From NCBI GenBank assembly GCA_026936335.1, contig JAPMXV010000006.1, positions 1 to 64,000 on the forward strand: 64,000 nucleotides of DNA, in the 5' to 3' direction. This document shows positions 33,201 to 43,310 of the stretch, piece by piece. The position numbers and the translations under genes are program-made. The DNA comes from Mantamonas sphyraenae STR306. Lineage: Eukaryota > Protista > CRuMs. The stretch's first letter is position 1. The number at the start of each line of letters is the position of its first letter. The notes under the pieces are model-generated. The model had not been told where the DNA came from. It saw only the letters and a list, made by a program, of their open reading frames with translations, and did no database searches.

Positions 33201-36013
33201 GCTGCGGATGGATCCGGCACGCAGCTGACGGAAGGTTGCTGCTGCCATGCGCAGGTTCTTGGCACGGCGCGCACGGCGTGCGTCAATGTGCTTCGTGGCC
33301 TGCTTACCAAAGCCGGCGACGGTGTCGTACACGCAGTTGTAGAAGCGCACACGAGTGCGCTGACCACGGCAGCGCTGCTTGGCAATGCCGCGTTGGTGGG
33401 CAGACAGCTTGTTCAGGATGGCGTTGGCGCGGTTGGTCCACGCGCTCGAGTTGACCTGGTTGCCGCGGCCGCTGGCACACAGACCGGCGCCCATGTGGGC
33501 AGCCAGCTCACGTGCGTACACGTACACGTTGTAGTAGCCGCGCGTAAAGTGGCCACGGCCCTTGTTGTTCACGCGGTGGCAGCTCATGCGCACACGCACG
33601 TGGTGTCCGTCGTCGGTACGGATCTTCAGGTTGGCGCTGCGGCCCTTCATGGCGTACGCAGACTGGCCACTGAACTGGCACAGGTCGTTGTACACACCGA
33701 CGCGTCGGTTGTTCTTGTACACCCACACCTGCGAGTTGAGGCCGCGGTTGCCCCAGTAGGCACCGTACTTGACCACGGTGACCACCTTGACGTTGCGGTA
33801 AGCCAGCAGCGTCAGGGGTCCCTGCTTGCCGTAGACGTTGAAGCCACGGCCGTAGAAGCTGCGGTAGTGCGGGTCACCCGTAGAGTGGCACGACAGCTCC
33901 CGGCCGCCCTGCTTGGCACCCAGGGCGTGCATGGTGCGTGCGGCGCCGTTCTTGGCGCGCACGGCACACAGGTAGAAGCGCACGGCGTGGTGGCCGTACT
34001 TGGCAGTGCAGTGGCGCTTGGCCGCGGCACGGTAGCGAGCGGGCACACGGTTGAACGTGGCATTTGCCTTGGCGCGGTAAGCGGCCTCGCGCTTGCGACG
34101 CGCAGCAATGTGCGCGGCCGCCTGGCGGGCAAAGCCCACAGCCGAGTCGTACACGCAAGCGTAGTACTGAGCCTTGGTACGCTGACCACGGCAACGCTTC
34201 TTGATGGCGGCACGGTGGCCACGCGGGGCCTTGGCGAGGACCGCGTTGGCACGGCTGGTCCACACAGACGCGTTGGCGCTGTTGCCACGGTTGCTGGTGC
34301 ACAGACCGGAAGCCTGGTGTGCAGAAAGCTCGCGTGCGTACACGTACACGTTGTAGTAGGCACGAGTGTAGCGACCCTGGCCGCGGTTGCTCACGCGGTG
34401 GCAGGTCATGTAGACGCGCACGCGCTGGCCATCTCGTGCGGTAAGCCACGCAGTGACCCTGTTGCTACGCAGCGGGTTCTTGCCACGGCTCTGGCACAGG
34501 TCGTTGTAGCTGCTGATGCGCTTGTTGCCCTGGTACAGCCACACCTGCGAGTTCAGGCCGCGGTTGCCCCAGTGGGCGCCGTACTTGACAAAGGTGGTCA
34601 CACGCACGTCCTTGTAGCGGAACAGATCCATGGCACCGGTGCGGCCGTAGATGTCAAAGCGGCGGCCGTACATGGAGCGGTAGTGCGGATCGCCCGTGGC
34701 GTGGCAGGACAGCTCGCGGCCGTTCTGCTTGGAACCAAACTTGTGCTTCATCTCAGCCTCGTGGTTGAGATCAGCCACAGTCTCGTCGTCAAGGTCCGGG
34801 TACTCCACATCGTCCTCGTCCTCGTCCTGCACCTGTCCCGGGCGGGGCAGGCACCAGCGAAGCTTGCCGGCTGCGAAAATGCGCTCGCAGGCCGGGTTGC
34901 GGCGCTTGCCAGCACACAGCTTGGGACGGCAGTGGTTCAGCTCCTTGCGGTAGCGGCGTGCGCGAGCAGCAGCACGGCGCAGGCGCAGAGCACGCGCACG
35001 AGCGGCACGCTTGGCGGCGGCTGCACGGCGCTTGCGCTTCAGGTATGCATCGCGGCGACGGCGAGCACGAGCTGCTGCAGCCAGCGCACGCTTGCGTGCG
35101 GCCTCAGCAGCATCGTGGTTCTTCAGTCGCTTCAGCTGCAGGTACAGCGCACGACGGCGGCGAGCCGACGCGCGTGCGGCAATTGCAGCGACGCGCGCAC
35201 GAGCTGCAGCCTTGCGCGCAGCCTTGGCGCGGTGGTATGCAGCCACAGCGGCCTTGCGACGCGCAATGCGACGTGCCTTGCGCTGTGGCCATGCAATGCG
35301 GTGATGTTGCCAAGTATCACACGAGCGTGTCAGCGAATGTGCCTGTGTGCGCCGCCAAAGAAGCGACGCCGGAAAAAAGGGGGGCGAGCGGAAATGTGTG
35401 GGGCTTTTCCCTCCCGGCATGCTGCTCCCCGGCCCTGTGCCGGCCAGCCACACATGTGTGCGCAACAGCTGTCCGTCTACGTGGCAACAAATTGAGTGCG
35501 CACGCTGTTTCACCGCATGCATGACCGTCTTGACAGCAGCATGTCGAGGAACGGCTGCGCAGCCTCCGCGGATGGGTGACCAAGGGCTACACGAAAAAAA
35601 GGGGCGTTGGCAGAAAACGGGCCGTCCCTCATGCAACGTACGCTACGGGCACACTTGCGCTGGATGACCTTGCGGCTACGACGCAGCTTGAGCCACTGCT
35701 TCTTGTAGGTGCGGCTTCTGCGCGTGTACACAGCGGAGAGGCGGCGCGAAGCGGCAATCTGCGACTTGTAGCTGCGTTTGCCCTCATCGTTGTCGTCGAC
35801 GTTCTCTTCCCCTGCGTCGTCCTCCGCCTCCTCCTCCTCCTCAGTCTCCGACTCCGTCTCATCCTCGGAGTGGATGTCTTCCATCGAGCTCGACTCCTCC
35901 ACGTCGGTGCTCGCGAGCTCCGCATCAGTGTTTTCCGGAGCAACGTCCGACACTGCCAATGTACTCATGGACAGTGCCAAGATAACCAACAGCAAAAGAA
36001 CAGACTTTGTCAT
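27241..36013 (-). CDS. Giant (~2800 aa) secreted Arg/Lys/Ala-rich protein with five VWD-like repeats and a protamine-like C-terminus; 5' intron(s) and three apparent single-base frameshifts
   Basis: Signal peptide [20 protein letters not shown] (ATG 36013) and acidic segment ending EGKR. Donor GTACGT at 35641, acceptor near 35284. ORFs 32178-35636, 30307-32622, 28265-30268 and 27241-28368 join by 1-nt shifts at ~32452, ~30390 and ~28345, with uniform CGC/CGT/AAG/GCC codon use. Confidence 0.8.
28010..28190. repeat. 9-bp tandem repeat (CCCTTGCGN)n encoding (Arg-Lys-Gly)n on the - strand
   Basis: About 19-20 consecutive cccttgcg(t/a/g)-type units. Confidence 0.95.
30650..34740 (-). repeat. Five ~815-bp (~270-aa) intragenic repeats, each opening with a VWD-like motif
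   Basis: C(H/A)(A/S)TGDPHYRS(M/F)(Y/F) at ~34705, ~33890, ~33070, ~32255 and ~31440. Each unit also has NRGLNSQ, CHRV, YYN(V/A)YVY(A/G)REL and (Y/F)(N/A)C(V/I)(Y/F)D. Confidence 0.93.
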
Positions 36014-36157
36014 CTGGGTCTCCACTGTTGAAATGATCGGTGGTTGTGGTGGGTTTTTGGTTGACGACGCCGGCGCTCCGGCACGAACACACGCCAACTT
36101 TCCTGCACCTCAATGGTTGCTCCCTCAACACCACGCTTCCCATGCACCCCATGCAAC

Positions 36158-37498
36158 ATGCGCACCCATGGCCACCAAAATTTCGCCTTGATGAGTGCCG
36201 CCGCACGTTTGCTCTCGGAGCCCAGCCTTTTGGACGATCTGGGGTACATCGGCGTCCTGAGCAACCAGGCGTGTGTGTTGCGCCTTGAGAACGGCAAGGT
36301 GCGCAGTGTTGTGGACGTCATAGCTGACGCAACCGCTGATCTGAAGCGAAGCCAGGTTTCCTGCGTGTTTGGTCCCCAGCACGGCTATTGGCAGACCGAA
36401 CAGGACAACATGAAGGAGACCACCGACAGCTCAATGTGTGTGGGCTCTTCACGCAACGTGGTCCCTCTGTACTCGCTGTACGCGGAAGAGCGTGAGCCAA
36501 GCGCTGAGCAGCTGGCAGGTGTCGAAACGGTTGTCATTGATTTGCAGGACATTGGCACGCGCGTGTACACGTACGCATACACCATGGCAGGCATGGTACG
36601 CAAGGCAGCGGCCGAAGGCAAGCGCGTGATTGTGCTGGACCGAGTCAACCCGCTCGGCCCAAAGCGTGAGGGCAACTGCCTGCGTGAGCACCTGCGCAGC
36701 TTTGTGGGCGAGTACAGCATCCCACTGCGCCATGGTATGACTCTGGGTCAGTTGGCACGCTTGGTGGTCAAGGTGGAGGGTCTGGAAGCATGGGCTGAGG
36801 AGCAGCTCCAAGTGGTGGAGCCGCCCAGCGACGTTGTCGACTGGTGGGAAGCATGGCCCATCGTGCCTCCGTCTCCAAACATGCCCTCCCTGCAGAGCGG
36901 TCTGCTCTATCCGGCATTTGTCGTGCTGGAGGCATGCAACGTCAGCGAGGGTCGTGGCACAACTACGCCCTTTCAGGTCCTGGGTGCGCCGTGGCTTGAC
37001 CACGCAGGCTTGCTGGACTGGCTCACACGCCAGCAAGAGGCAAGCTTGGGCCACAGTCACCGCAGCTTGGCCAACGTATCCATGCTGGAAACCCAGTTCC
37101 GCCCCACCTTTAACAAGTATGCCGGCGAGCTGTGCTATGGCGTTCGCTTTGAACACGCGCTGCCGGGCCATGCCTCAAGCAACGACATGGAGTGGCCCAA
37201 CATGTTTGCACTGGGCGTGCTGGTCCTTTTGTGGCTGTCTCGCCACCATGCGGACAACTTTGCCTGGCGGCAACCCAACGAGGGCTACGAGTACGACTTT
37301 GAACACATGGCTGTGGATCTCGTCCTGGGTGAGGAGGCGTGGTTGGCTGTGTTTGAGGACGCTCGCAACGAAGCCAAGGATGCGCAGGACGCGGATGGCC
37401 AAGGCGAGCCCAGCGACGCCCTGCTCGAGCGTGTCTACGAGATGCTGGAGCAAGCAGACACGCAGGCACAAGAATTTGGAGAGGTGTTGGAGGGTTGA
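36158..37498 (+). CDS. namZ: Exo-beta-N-acetylmuramidase NamZ (YbbC/DUF1343, GH171) family
   Basis: Motifs FGPQHG, IDLQDIGTRVYTY, LDRVNPLG, PLRHGMTLGQLA, PPSPNMPS, NVSEGRGTTTPFQVLGAPW and FRPTFNKYAGELCYG. Intronless. Confidence 0.92.
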   Translation: MRTHGHQNFALMSAAARLLSEPSLLDDLGYIGVLSNQACVLRLENGKVRSVVDVIADATADLKRSQVSCVFGPQHGYWQTEQDNMKETTDSSMCVGSSRNVVPLYSLYAEEREPSAEQLAGVETVVIDLQDIGTRVYTYAYTMAGMVRKAAAEGKRVIVLDRVNPLGPKREGNCLREHLRSFVGEYSIPLRHGMTLGQLARLVVKVEGLEAWAEEQLQVVEPPSDVVDWWEAWPIVPPSPNMPSLQSGLLYPAFVVLEACNVSEGRGTTTPFQVLGAPWLDHAGLLDWLTRQQEASLGHSHRSLANVSMLETQFRPTFNKYAGELCYGVRFEHALPGHASSNDMEWPNMFALGVLVLLWLSRHHADNFAWRQPNEGYEYDFEHMAVDLVLGEEAWLAVFEDARNEAKDAQDADGQGEPSDALLERVYEMLEQADTQAQEFGEVLEG

Positions 37499-37548
37499 TG
37501 TGCAGCAAGAATGAAGCGACCGAAATGCGACATGCGACCCACGACAAC

Positions 37549-38443
37549 ATGCCAGCCTCGGAAAAGACCCCAATTCTGAGGCCTTTGTCGAAAGGCAGCG
37601 TGCAGGATGGAGGACAGGGCACCCAAGCAACGCCCTCGCTACTATCCTTGCACGCCAAGTTGCAAGTCTCGGGCGGCGTGGTCTTCTTGTGTCTTTGCGC
37701 GGGCATCACGTACGGCTTCAACGCCCTCAAGACGGTGTACATCAAAGAGGGAGTGTACGCGCACACGTGCCCGCCCGGCACAAAACAGTTTCCCTGCACG
37801 ACACAGCTGCTGAAGCTCAATTCCATCTTTGAGATTGCTGCAGCAGTTGTCAACTTTGGCGGTCTCCCGCTGGGCCTCATGCTTGACCGCATCGGTCGCC
37901 ACCGCATGCTCATCATCTGGTCTATCGTTTGGTCACTGTCAACAATGCTCATGGGCTTCGCCAGCCCTACATTTGACGTGTACGTGCTTGGGTACTCGCT
38001 CATGTCCCTTTCCGGCGGCGCCATGATGATGAGCTTTGTCTCTCTGGGAGGGGACCACCCTCACCTGCAGGGACTCATTGTTGCCCTCATGACCTCGATG
38101 TGGGATGTTTCGTCCATCATCTTTGTGGGCTTTCACGAGATGTACACGGCGTTTGGCATTGCCACCAGCATGCAGTTCCTCGTCTACGGAGCTGTTGTTG
38201 GTCTGGCGGTCACGCTGTTCTCTGTGTTCATCATGCGCCCAGAGGACCCGCGCCCTGTAGTGATGCCGGACGACTACGAGCCTGTGGCTGACGACGACGA
38301 CTCCTCGGAGGGCGAGAACGCGCCGATCAAGCCCACCCGTCGCGCACGGTGGCGCCCTAACGTTTGACTGGAGCATCCTGCGTGAACCTGACATGCTGGC
38401 GTGTTTTGCCACAACATGCTGCATGTTTGTGCATATGGTAAGT

Positions 38444-38476
<33 letters not shown>

Positions 38477-39053
38477 CGTCGCTGACACCACCGCTCCGCA
38501 GTATTTCTTCCTTGGCACGGTGTTTGACATGTCCCTCTGGGCTACGGGACAGGACATCGACGCAACGCGCACTCAAACTCGTGTGTTTTCTATTCTGCTG
38601 CCTGTGCTGGGCCTGGCCACGTCCTACCCGCTCGGAAAGCTGCTCGACTGGCTCCCGCAACCCGCCTGGTTCCTGTGTCTCGGCCTCAGCGGGCTTCTTT
38701 GGGGTGGATTAAGCGCTCTCAGGCTGCATGACGTAGCGTACGCTGTCTATGTGGTGTACATCGTGTGGCGCATCCTCGTCTACGACGTGATCAGCGTTTT
38801 CATCCTCGAGAATCACCCCGAGGCGTTTGGACGCCTGCAAGGACTCACTGTCAGCATCGGTGGCATTGCATCCTTCCTTGTCCTTCCCGTCGACTCTTTT
38901 GTGGCCATCAACATGCGCGGTGACTTTACGCTTGTCAACATCATTCTCACTGCGTTCAGCGCCGTCAGCGCGCTCCTTTGCGCCTGGATAGTGCACAGGC
39001 AAGTTCGCCGACGAGCATCTGGTTTGGACAGCATGAAACAACTCGGAGTGTGA
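37549..39053 (+). CDS. MFS transporter, SLC43/LAT3-FMP42-like; frameshift near 38337 and intron 38438-38501
   Basis: AGITYGFNALKTVYIKEGVY...C...C...QLLKLNSIF, GLMLDRIGRH and FGRLQGL. Intron has a GTAAGT donor, a (GT)n tract and a CCGCAG acceptor. In-frame ATGs at 37498 and 37525 are alternative starts. Confidence 0.8.
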
Positions 39054-39195
39054 GTGTTTGCTCCGTGCATGCGTGCACACGAATGTGGAAACAAAACACC
39101 TTGTGCAATGACGGAGGCCCCTCCCTCCACCAACTCAACCCTTCCTCCCTTCACCAAACCCATCCCACCCGTCCGTACCCGTCTCCAGGCCCAGC

Positions 39196-40467
39196 ATGAG
39201 CACTCGGTGGCAGATGGTGCCTCACGTCGGCGAGTGGTGGGAAAAGTGCAAGGATGAACGAGCGCGCGCGTGTGCCGGAGACACAGCCAAGCAAGTGGAC
39301 CACGTGCACACGGAACAGTTTGTGCGTGCTAATCCCGACGCCGTCTTTTTCTTTGACGCAGCCTCCGGATCCGCTCAGTGGCGTCGTCCTGCCGGTTTCT
39401 ACGACGCCTTGCCGTCCAACGAACGTCGCCCCATCGATTGGATCACTGTGGCCAATACAACGTGGATGCGTGTCACCACCAACGATGGCTTTGTGTACTA
39501 CCACGACTCTAGCACCAAGCAGAGCGTGTGGCAGATGCCCGAGGCCCTGCACGGACTCGTGCTCAGCGAATACGACTGGTTCCTCAGTGCGTGGCCGTCC
39601 ACACATGCCTCCTCGGTGCCATCAGCAAGGAAACGTCCACGGGAGCAGGACACAGACGCAGGAGCAGAATCATCGTCCACCTCAAGCGGCGGAAAACGCC
39701 AACGTGTCCAGGACGACGACAGCAGTGACGACAGCAGTGACGACGACAGCGACGACGAGCACAATGCCGCCGTGTTTGCAGAACGCGTGAAGCTTTTTGA
39801 ATCTCTGCTCTCTGACACGGGCGTCAACCAGTTCAGCAAGTGGGATGCCCATCTGCCCAAGCTCGTGTTTGACGCACGCTTCAAAGCACTCCCCAAACAG
39901 AAGCAACGCCAACTGGTGTTTCGGGAGTATGTGGCGCGCTTGGCTGCGGATTCAGACGTACAGCCAACCTCAACGAGCAGCACAGAGGCACAGTCCTCCT
40001 CCACCTCCGTTTCCCCTCCCATGCCGCAGGCCGAACTCTTCAAGCGCCGCCGCGCACAACAGCTTGCTCTCATGCAGCGCATCATGGAGGACGCCCGGAA
40101 ACGCGGATGGCTCGACACAGACCCGTCCAAGCTGACTCTGGCCCGCCTCCGCCGCAAGGTCGAACGGCATCGCTCCCTCCAAGCCTTGTGGGACGAACTG
40201 CGCGACTCGGAGCCCGGTTCCAAGGACGACAAGTCCAAAGCGGTCGCTGTTGCTTTTGCACAGCAACTCAAGGTGGAGGTTGACGTGTGGAGGGAGGAGA
40301 AGCGCAACTTTGTCGCGCTGGTTCACAGCCGGAGCCGCTCCTGGCCGCGCCATCCTCGCTGGAGCGATGTCAAACACACCTTGGCCGATGACCCGCGCTA
40401 CAAAGCTGTCCGCAGCGGCGACACACGGCGTGACTGGTTCTACGAGGCGCTGGACCAGAAGAAATGA
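39196..40467 (+). CDS. WW + FF domain protein (TCERG1/PRP40C-like)
   Basis: WW domain WMRVTTNDGFVYYHDSSTKQSVWQMP. FF domains FESLL...SKWDAHLPKLVFDARFKAL...RQLVFREY and WSDVKHTLADDPRYKAV...RRDWF. Confidence 0.82.
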   Translation: MSTRWQMVPHVGEWWEKCKDERARACAGDTAKQVDHVHTEQFVRANPDAVFFFDAASGSAQWRRPAGFYDALPSNERRPIDWITVANTTWMRVTTNDGFVYYHDSSTKQSVWQMPEALHGLVLSEYDWFLSAWPSTHASSVPSARKRPREQDTDAGAESSSTSSGGKRQRVQDDDSSDDSSDDDSDDEHNAAVFAERVKLFESLLSDTGVNQFSKWDAHLPKLVFDARFKALPKQKQRQLVFREYVARLAADSDVQPTSTSSTEAQSSSTSVSPPMPQAELFKRRRAQQLALMQRIMEDARKRGWLDTDPSKLTLARLRRKVERHRSLQALWDELRDSEPGSKDDKSKAVAVAFAQQLKVEVDVWREEKRNFVALVHSRSRSWPRHPRWSDVKHTLADDPRYKAVRSGDTRRDWFYEALDQKK

Positions 40468-40624
40468 AAAACACAACAACTGCAGACACACACGCGGGAA
40501 CCTTGACGATCCATTCCTTCCTCTCACACTCTCAGTGTCCCTGCGAGTACCTTTTCTTTGCCAAAGTGGGGGTCGTATCACTTCCCCGAGCTGCCAGCAT
40601 GGGCAGTGGTGTTCAACACACAGC

Positions 40625-43121
40625 TCAGTTGCTGCTGCTGCTGCTGCTGCTGCCGGAAGACGAGCCACCGACATCAACGGCCATGAGGGCACCGATGAAG
40701 GTCAGGATCATCTTGGCCTTGCACTCGACAATGTCCTCGGGCAGCAGGAAGATGGTGGCGCCCAGCTTGCGAGCCACCGAGATGGCGTACTTGGCGTTCA
40801 TCATGGCGTCCTCGTCAGCCACACCGTCGGTGACCAGCTGGAAGTCCACAGAGGAGCTGCGCATGGCGGACAGCAAGTCCAGGAAGAAGCGCGAGTCGCG
40901 CAGGCTCGAGTCCTTGAACGATTCCATGGTGGTGTTCTTGCCGGCGCCCGACACACGGGTGTTGGCCCACTCCACCATCTCCTTCTCAGACACGGGCTTG
41001 CCGCCATTGATCCTCGAAAGGATGGTGATGACGTGCAGGCGCATCATCTGCCACACGAGAGCCAGCGTCAGCGTCTGCTGGCCGTCCACGATGTCGGCAC
41101 CCTGGACGCCCACCAGCGAGAACTTGAGCTCCTTGCCCAGCAGCACTGCGTAGTTGCAGTTCTCCACCTTCTTGAACTTGTTCAGCGCGCGGCCGTTCTT
41201 GGGCTCGTTCACGCGACGCCAGTCGACGATGCCCGGCACGATCTCGTTCATCACGCGCAGCAGCACCAGGCCGTCGCGGAGGTCCTCAAACAGGTTGAAC
41301 ACAAACGGCTCCACACCCAGAGAGTTGATCCACAGGCAGAAGGCGCGTGCCTCGCGTGTGCCCTCGCTGTTGAACAGCCAGTCCTCCAGCTGCGCAGCCT
41401 CCTCCTCGGTCAGCTCCTCCAGCGCCGGGTAGGTGTTGAACAGGTTGGCGGTGAACGCAAGGTTCAGCTTCGGGTTACCCTTGGCCACATCCTTGGGCTT
41501 GATGAACTTGCGGCAGCCAATCTTGTCGGCCTCGTTCAGCATGGCGTCGGCACGCTCCACCATGTCGGACTTCTGCATGGGAGCGCTGGTGCACTCGCCG
41601 TTGGGGCAGATCTGCTGCAGCAGGATGGTGTAGCACTCGCTGTCCTTCACGTCGCCCGAAAAGTTCTTCACGCGGCGGTCGGTGCCGGCAGCCTTCAGGT
41701 GGTAGTTGAACCAACGCAGCAGGATCTGCTCGGGCGACAGCTTCAGCAGGTCGCTCAGCTCCTCGCCATCCTCAAGCAGGCGGTACAGCTCGGGGATGTT
41801 GTTGATGGAGATCTTGCTCAGCAGGCCGATCTTCACAATCTGCCACAGCAGACCCAGCAGAAGATGGATCTTGCCCTCCGAGATGTCCTCCGGGCCAACG
41901 TTGACCACCGAGCATCCGATGGCCTTGGCGGAGTTGATCACCAGGTTGTTGTTCTCCGTGATCTTGAAGGCGTTCAGCTTCTTGATGTTGATCACACGCT
42001 CATCGATGGTGTCCGGCACGGCGTCGTTGATCAGCTTGCACATCATGATGCCGTCCTTGCACTGCTCAAAGATGTCCATCGTCGACGGGTCGATCGGGAA
42101 GCGGTCGCCGATGTCGGCGTCGCCCTGCAGAGCGTCGTTGATGTACTCCACAAACGCCTCCTTCTCCTCCTCGGCGAACGAGTGGCTGGTGTTGTCGTCC
42201 GAGCCCTGGATCTTGTTGATCTTGGCGTGCTTCTGCACAACCTGGCTGAACACAGAGTCCTTGCCCTGACGCTGGTTGCGCATCAGCTGTGAACCGCGAG
42301 TTTGAAGAGGAGAGAGGGCAACCCTGTGTCAGAAAAACCGTGTCTAGCGCTGAAAACTCCGCAGCCTCTCCAGCACGCCTCCTTCCACACGCCATATCGA
42401 CCCACTTCGCCTCATACACATCCAAGGTCACATATAAACTCGATGTTCGCGCCATGCAGACAACCCGCCGGCCAGGACGGGCGGATAAAAAAAAAAAGGA
42501 AGGGGGGGTGGCAGAATTTTTCCCTCCCGGCACGTTCCTTGCAACGGACGAACCCTTCCTCTTGAGTTTTGGGCCGCCGCCGCCGCATACACAGGGGCAC
42601 AGGAGACACGTACGCACACGGGCCGGGTGGCCGATGCACGACAAGTGCGAATCCGGTGTGCATGTGTCGCATACGGCGTAGGGCACCAAAGCACACGGAA
42701 AAAGGAGCGGGGCTGACGTGGGAAATGACGAAAAACAAGGGCAAGCGAAGCAGGAGCCGTGCATGGCCATGTAGCACAGATGGACACATGCAACACACAG
42801 GAAACTGGGCACATACACACGTGGACCTCGTTTAGAGGGAGCACGTCGTTCACATACCTGCATAAACTCCACAAACTCGACCTCACCCGAGTTGTCCTTG
42901 TCGACCTCGTTGATGAGCTCCTTGAGCTTGTTGCGCGGCACCTCCTCGCCGAGCTGCACCATGATGGCGCCCAGCTCGCGGTCGTTGATCGCTCCGGATC
43001 CGTCGCTGTCGAAGGCCTTGAACTGAGCAATGAACTCCTGCACTTCGTCGTGGCTGAACTCGTCAAAGTCGCGGGCAATCGAAAGGTAAAGGCGATCCTG
43101 CTCGCCGCTGGTCATAGACAT
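40625..43121 (-). CDS. Fimbrin/plastin; exons 43121..42858 and 42286..40625
   Basis: Two EF-hands (DSDGSGAIN, DKDNSGEVE) and four CH domains (HSFAEEEKEAFVEYIN, NSAKAIGCSVVNVG, LLRWFNYHL, AKYAISVARKLGA). GTATGT donor and CACAG acceptor join in phase 0. Confidence 0.97.
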
Positions 43122-43310
43122 GTTTGCTGCTCAGTCCACCGCGTGGCCACCACCTTCCGTGTCAATCCAATTGTCCGACTCGTCCGCGGGTGTGCCGTCT
43201 CATCGCATCCTCTTCTTGCTTACCTGGTTGTCTTTGGGGTTGGAAAGAAAAAAGGTGGCGAAGCCGGCGCTGCGCGCACATCGCAGCAAAGCATCCCCCC
43301 CCCCAACAAC

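Noticed and set aside
28277-35495. Long + strand ORFs (760, 621 and 1024 aa) opposite the giant basic protein
   Set aside because: Antisense shadows of a GC-rich, strongly biased coding strand. They have no motifs of their own.
38445-38474. (GT)n and (TCC)n microsatellites here and elsewhere (~51970, ~56660, ~13330)
   Set aside because: Ordinary intronic dinucleotide tracts and poly-Ser codons common throughout the window.
40250-42292. 680-aa + strand ORF, and similar shadows at 9474-11285, 18394-20097 and 45624-47003
   Set aside because: They overlap well-supported genes on the opposite strand and show no protein-like features.
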